A stretch of 64,000 bases of DNA from positions 96,001 to 160,000 of IMG/VR virus record IMGVR_UViG_3300032030_000005. One strand, written 5' to 3'. The translations under genes and the position numbers were made by a program. The notes beneath the pieces were generated by a model. That model worked only from the letters and a program-made list of their open reading frames with translations. It was not told the origin of the DNA and searched no databases. Positions 59,428-64,000 of the stretch are shown here, piece by piece. This DNA is from a virus (taxonomy: Duplodnaviria > Caudoviricetes). Each line of letters starts with the position of its first letter. Position 1 is the first letter of the stretch.

Positions 59428-61182
59428 TTATATTAATTCGTTAGCCTGATCATCTTCATCAAGCTTTATTTCATCACTCTTAAACTTCTTATCCTTGAAG
59501 TTTAAAATCTTCTTAGGTTTATTATTGACTATAGATTTAAGCTTTCCTGGAGAATTCTCAATCTGTATAGTATCATCTATATCAGGTTCATCAGATAACC
59601 TAAGCATACCTAATGCCTGTTTATTATCAATATCTGTGGCAATTCGAAAACCATGATATTTTGGATCAGGATCAAAAGGCTGTGCGAAATATTCTACACC
59701 GCTAGCACCCCTCGCCATAATACATTTAAATGTAACGAATTTGTCACCAGATTCAGTTGTTTCTGTGTTTAATATTATTGAATAGTCTGCATTTTCATAG
59801 ACTAATGATGACTCACCAACCTGTGAACCACCAAGTTTTCTCGCTATATCCTTTTTACGTTCGGATTTTGCATTTTCTACAACTCGAAGAGCTTCTCTAT
59901 TTAACTGTGATGCAGTTAATACAGGAATATTTTTAGATTTTGCAAAGTTACAAAATTCATTAACTACTTCACCAAGTTCATCTCTTTTTTGTTCTGTTTT
60001 ATATGTTCTCTGTGAGTGAATTCTCTTTATGTAGTCCTGTACCACACAAATTATTTCCTGATTATCTAATGTAAGATAGTCATCGTATAATTTATCTAAT
60101 ATACCTGTATCAACAGACATATGTGTTTTAAATTCTATACGAAGTGCAACACCTGTTTTCTGTATTGTTTCTCTTTCAATAGTGTCTAAGATATTGTCAA
60201 TATCTTCATCAGTTATTTTATATTTCTTTTTCTGTTTACCACTCTTTGTTGTTACAAGATCAAAATCAAAATCAAATGATAATCCAAGATAGTTATATAT
60301 TCTTTCAAATGTTTCTATCATAGAATTTTCCATTGTAAAATATAATACTGCTGGAGTCTTATCTTTATATTTTAACTCATAATCATCATAGTAACATGCA
60401 ACATTCATTGCTATATTTAACAGTGTACCTGATTTAAATGATTTTGCTACACCTAATAAAAGATAACAGCGTGAACCCTGCATACCACCACCCATCATCT
60501 GATCCAACAGTTGATATCCAGTAGTAATCTTATTGCCCGGATTTAATATAGCATTTATTGATTTTTTAATAATTTTTCTTGCTGTTTTTCTGTCCGCTAT
60601 ATTAAAACTATCCATTTTACTATCAGTGCTATTTTTATTAGAATTGAAGATTTTATTTATTTCCTGTAATGTTTCTTTAGAATCTGCTACATTTTCATCT
60701 AAAGTTTCAAAGTCAGGATTTTCAAACATATCTATGATCTTCTTTAATGAAGGAAGATATTTATTGATAGTAAACATGTTTAATTGTGTTTCCACAAAGT
60801 TATTCCATCTTTCAATTTTTTCTCTACCAAATTCCTTATTTTCTGCATTATTAAAGACGTCTTCGATAATATTGGATGGAACACTTTTATTTAAAGTATC
60901 CTTGGCTAACTGTTTTAAGTCTTCATAATCAAAGTCATCAATGAGTACATTGTCAACTAAGAATTTTAACAGTTTAAGTCTCTGGATTGTAGGTAGTTCT
61001 TTTTCTTCATTATACCTACTGACATCTATTGTATTTAATAATTTCTGAAGATTGAATAGGTTACTTTTAGTTATATTCTCATCTCCAGATAATGTATAAA
61101 AAGTTAAATTTGTAATAGTAGATATGGATAATTTTAAAAATCCTTTATCTACTTTTTTAGATTTTTTATCGATATATGACAT
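59428..61182 (-). CDS. DnaB-like replicative helicase
   Basis: TGYQLLD.MMGGG, Walker A-like GVAKSFKS, FTMEN, VVQDYIKRI, TASQLNR, ENADY. Confidence 0.88.
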   Translation of the reverse strand: MSYIDKKSKKVDKGFLKLSISTITNLTFYTLSGDENITKSNLFNLQKLLNTIDVSRYNEEKELPTIQRLKLLKFLVDNVLIDDFDYEDLKQLAKDTLNKSVPSNIIEDVFNNAENKEFGREKIERWNNFVETQLNMFTINKYLPSLKKIIDMFENPDFETLDENVADSKETLQEINKIFNSNKNSTDSKMDSFNIADRKTARKIIKKSINAILNPGNKITTGYQLLDQMMGGGMQGSRCYLLLGVAKSFKSGTLLNIAMNVACYYDDYELKYKDKTPAVLYFTMENSMIETFERIYNYLGLSFDFDFDLVTTKSGKQKKKYKITDEDIDNILDTIERETIQKTGVALRIEFKTHMSVDTGILDKLYDDYLTLDNQEIICVVQDYIKRIHSQRTYKTEQKRDELGEVVNEFCNFAKSKNIPVLTASQLNREALRVVENAKSERKKDIARKLGGSQVGESSLVYENADYSIILNTETTESGDKFVTFKCIMARGASGVEYFAQPFDPDPKYHGFRIATDIDNKQALGMLRLSDEPDIDDTIQIENSPGKLKSIVNNKPKKILNFKDKKFKSDEIKLDEDDQANELI

Positions 61183-61239
61183 ATTATTCCCCTCTCTGTC
61201 AAATTGATATATATCTGTTTTTTACAAATTTTTTAAAAA

Positions 61240-61270
61240 ATGGCATAAAACATCAAAGTTTTATGCCATT
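61240..61270. terminator. Hairpin between the SbcD-like and helicase genes
   Basis: AATGGCATAAAAC...GTTTTATGCCATT. Confidence 0.6.
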
Positions 61271-61283
61271 TCTCTTTTTATAT

Positions 61284-62417
61284 TTAATTATTTCCAGATA
61301 TCATTTTATTAATAACCTCTAATGGTACTGTTTCATTATCGGTTATTGAAATATACTTTGCTATAGATTTATCCATAGGAAGTTCTTTATTAATAAGGAA
61401 CATTAATCTAGGATCGATAACTTCTTCATCCGGCAGCTTGTTCTTGATTTCTACCTTAACTTCATCGTTTATTACACCTTTTAATAAGTCCTTATTATTT
61501 TCATTGTTATCTATTATGATCTTCACAAAATCATAATTCTTCTTCTCTTTCTCGATAAACTTTAATATTTCATCAGATGTCTTAAAGTTATATTCTGAAA
61601 GATTTAATATCTTATAACTGGAAGCATTTTTATTTTCATAGAATATAGCTTCTGTTTCATCAGTTTCAGGATCAACTCTAGTTAATAAATAACCCTTATC
61701 TTCCTGATCTAAAAAGCTAAATCTCTCAAAACTTCCTGTATAAAATACCTTATCTTGGTCCTTATAGTTTTTAAAATCATGTATGTGACCAAATACAATA
61801 TGATAATTACATAATGATAGTAATTTCTCAACGGAATGAACTGCTTCACTCCTTTTTAATTTTTTAATATCTTCGTCATTTCCGGTAAATGAAATAAAAT
61901 CCATCATACCATGACCAAATATCATATCGTAATTATTTTCATGATTGAAATATTCATGATAATATTTATCATACTTTTCTGGATATTCTTCTGGTAAATA
62001 GAGTATATTATATTCATATTCACCAAGAGCAATAGTTTCAGAGTTTACACTCTTATACATTTTAAATAATGGGTATTTTATTTCAAGATGATCAAAATTA
62101 TTTAATTGATTTGCATCATGCGATTTAGTACCTTTTATCAGTCTAATATAAAAATTAAACCGCTTTGACATTTCACATAATTCACTTATGAATTTTAAGA
62201 CATAATTTGCTGATACCTCATTCATCTTAATGACTCTATCATATAAGTCACCTTCAATGACAACCATATCAAGATGGTCATATTCTTTTATGATGTTAGG
62301 TATCTCGTTTAAAAAACCTTCTTTTAAATCTTTATAGAGTTTTTCATCATTTTTCTTGCCAAAATGTATATCTGCAATATTTAATACATTTAAAGCTCTT
62401 TTAAGACTATTTTTCAT
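61284..62417 (-). CDS. SbcD/Mre11-like metallophosphoesterase nuclease
   Basis: IADIHFG, GDLYD, GTKSHD, FGHG, FGHIH, YTGSFERFSF..E.KGY. Confidence 0.88.
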   Translation of the reverse strand: MKNSLKRALNVLNIADIHFGKKNDEKLYKDLKEGFLNEIPNIIKEYDHLDMVVIEGDLYDRVIKMNEVSANYVLKFISELCEMSKRFNFYIRLIKGTKSHDANQLNNFDHLEIKYPLFKMYKSVNSETIALGEYEYNILYLPEEYPEKYDKYYHEYFNHENNYDMIFGHGMMDFISFTGNDEDIKKLKRSEAVHSVEKLLSLCNYHIVFGHIHDFKNYKDQDKVFYTGSFERFSFLDQEDKGYLLTRVDPETDETEAIFYENKNASSYKILNLSEYNFKTSDEILKFIEKEKKNYDFVKIIIDNNENNKDLLKGVINDEVKVEIKNKLPDEEVIDPRLMFLINKELPMDKSIAKYISITDNETVPLEVINKMISGNN

Positions 62418-63354
62418 TATTAACCTCCAATATATTTTTATTTAATATATTATTAATATTATTATTTTCTGTATAAGGAATTCTTAATAAAGAAATATTA
62501 TTCTTTTTACAATATTCATTTTTAATATTATCTCTTTTTATTCTTTTCAAATAATCATCTTCTGTATAATCATACCACATTTTTTTAAAATGTTGTATAC
62601 CATCACATTCTATACATAAATTATATTCTTCCAAATAAAAATCAAACTCTAAAGTTTGTTTATATTTGCAATCTTTAAAGTCTGTACAATGCCATATATA
62701 TTTTATTTTATTATCTTCTAACCACTTAGCAACTTTTTCTTCACCTATAGATCTTTTACAATATGGACATAAATGCCCGTCATATAAAATATGCTTAGGT
62801 GTTATTTTAAATTCTTTATTGCATATATTACATCTAACTAAAATTTTATTTCTACAACCAGTATATTTTTCTAAAAATGTAAATTGTGTTATATTAAGTT
62901 CCTTTATTTTATTTAAAAATTCTTCATTTGTTAAAAGTTTGTCAATACCAATTTTTTTATTAGCACATACTGGACATCTATGTCCATTCTTTAAAAAATC
63001 ATGAGCTCTCATCTCAAAAATATTTTTACAGTTAGTATGTAAAAATTTAATTTTATCAGGTTTTTTAGTTCCATCTGATTTATAAGTGTTTAAAACTGTA
63101 TATTCATCACCTACTAAATCATAAACTTCTTTTAGAAAATCTTCATGAGTTCTCTTATATTTTCCAGAACATCTTGGACATCTTGTATTATTGTTTAAAA
63201 AGTTATGTGGTGTAACATCGTATATATTATTGCAAGTATTATGTTTTATTTTAATCTTTGTTTTATTATTTACATATTCTCCTAAAACTATATATTCGTC
63301 TTTAACTAAATCATATACTTCTTTTTTAAATTGATCAGTGGTTTTGTCATTCAT
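62407..63354 (-). CDS. Free-standing homing endonuclease (zinc-ribbon repeats plus Vsr/DUF559-like nuclease)
   Basis: F.KEVYDLV.DEY repeats with CP.C; SIGE...FDFYL...IECDGIQH...D.IKNEYC. Confidence 0.82.
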   Translation of the reverse strand: MNDKTTDQFKKEVYDLVKDEYIVLGEYVNNKTKIKIKHNTCNNIYDVTPHNFLNNNTRCPRCSGKYKRTHEDFLKEVYDLVGDEYTVLNTYKSDGTKKPDKIKFLHTNCKNIFEMRAHDFLKNGHRCPVCANKKIGIDKLLTNEEFLNKIKELNITQFTFLEKYTGCRNKILVRCNICNKEFKITPKHILYDGHLCPYCKRSIGEEKVAKWLEDNKIKYIWHCTDFKDCKYKQTLEFDFYLEEYNLCIECDGIQHFKKMWYDYTEDDYLKRIKRDNIKNEYCKKNNISLLRIPYTENNNINNILNKNILEVNNEK

Positions 63355-63359
63355 ACATT

Positions 63360-63980
63360 CTATTCCTTTCCAACTTCAAAATTTCCAAAAAACTCATTTA
63401 CCATACTAGGTATATCGAATTTTTTTACTTCATTCGTTATTGTAAGAGTGTATATTGGATCTAATGCATTTTTAACTATCCAGTGTAAAGGCATTTTATC
63501 AACATGCTCTTCATCCAGAGATCCTAATAAAATTCTATCAAATAAAGCTCTATTATTTTTAATAATCGATAAATCACAATTATCTCTCTGAATAAGTTCA
63601 ATCCAAGTTTTGTTATTCATACAGTAGATAAAACTCAATAATGAACTTATTGAAAATTTACCATCTCTCCATGGATATAAGTCTTTTAAATCTTGAGACG
63701 CTTCTGAAAAGTAGAGATCTATTATTTCCATTAATCCCTGCCTTGAAGCACTTGCAAAATCACCAAGATAACATTTTTCAATATTATATGGATCACCTTT
63801 AAATAGTTTGTCCATATAATATATATAGTAATCATATTTTATACATTTGTCATAAACATCATAATGTTGTTCATGTGTAAGATCATATGATCTTAGATAT
63901 ATAATATCCATTACATGTTTTTCCTTTGCTTCAATTTCTGCAACATTTTTTAAAATACCATCCATATATTTACTTGCCAT
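63360..63980 (-). CDS. Hypothetical protein
   Basis: 206-aa ORF with GAAAGGAAG SD. Confidence 0.65.
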   Translation of the reverse strand: MASKYMDGILKNVAEIEAKEKHVMDIIYLRSYDLTHEQHYDVYDKCIKYDYYIYYMDKLFKGDPYNIEKCYLGDFASASRQGLMEIIDLYFSEASQDLKDLYPWRDGKFSISSLLSFIYCMNNKTWIELIQRDNCDLSIIKNNRALFDRILLGSLDEEHVDKMPLHWIVKNALDPIYTLTITNEVKKFDIPSMVNEFFGNFEVGKE

Positions 63981-64000
63981 AATTTAACTTCCTTTCTGTT

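Noticed and set aside
2854-63591. Short antisense or overlapping ORFs in the track (e.g. 2854-3093, 6670-6945, 19417-19704, 43526-43840, 49277-49687, 57311-57622, 60533-60928)
   Set aside because: They shadow longer, better-supported genes and have no recognisable motifs.
1-64000. tRNA or rRNA genes, inteins, alternative genetic code
   Set aside because: No cloverleaf or rRNA noticed by eye. NrdD and the helicase show no intein-sized inserts. Long ORFs are intact in the standard code, and the two broken genes are explained by introns.

Overview
Very AT-rich 64-kb segment of a jumbo phage of the AR9/PBS1 (phiKZ-related) type. The host is probably an anaerobic Firmicute (AAGGAGGTGA Shine-Dalgarno (SD) sites, nrdD, a dockerin-like domain). 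The window holds two tandem paralogous tape-measure/lytic tail proteins, several large structural genes, and three split multisubunit RNA polymerase subunits, two of them interrupted by group I introns carrying zinc-ribbon/Vsr-like homing endonucleases. It also has two free-standing endonucleases of that family, a DNA polymerase fragment, guanylate kinase, RNase H, a RibD-like reductase, NrdD, a DnaB-like helicase and an SbcD-like nuclease. Phage-type early (TATATTAT) and late (AACA-N6-TA) promoter motifs split the genes into sensible classes. Best novelty candidates: (1) a portable acidic EGYYDALNE tag on five unrelated cargo proteins, including a perfect 138-bp inverted repeat around a 58-bp palindrome, read here as a possible capsid-targeting cassette system; (2) a dockerin-like domain in a 2840-aa putative virion protein; (3) a C39-like peptidase split between the two tail paralogs; (4) three early structured RNAs carrying minigenes; (5) a group I intron with no apparent P2 or P9. 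All calls come from reading motifs by eye; no searches were run.
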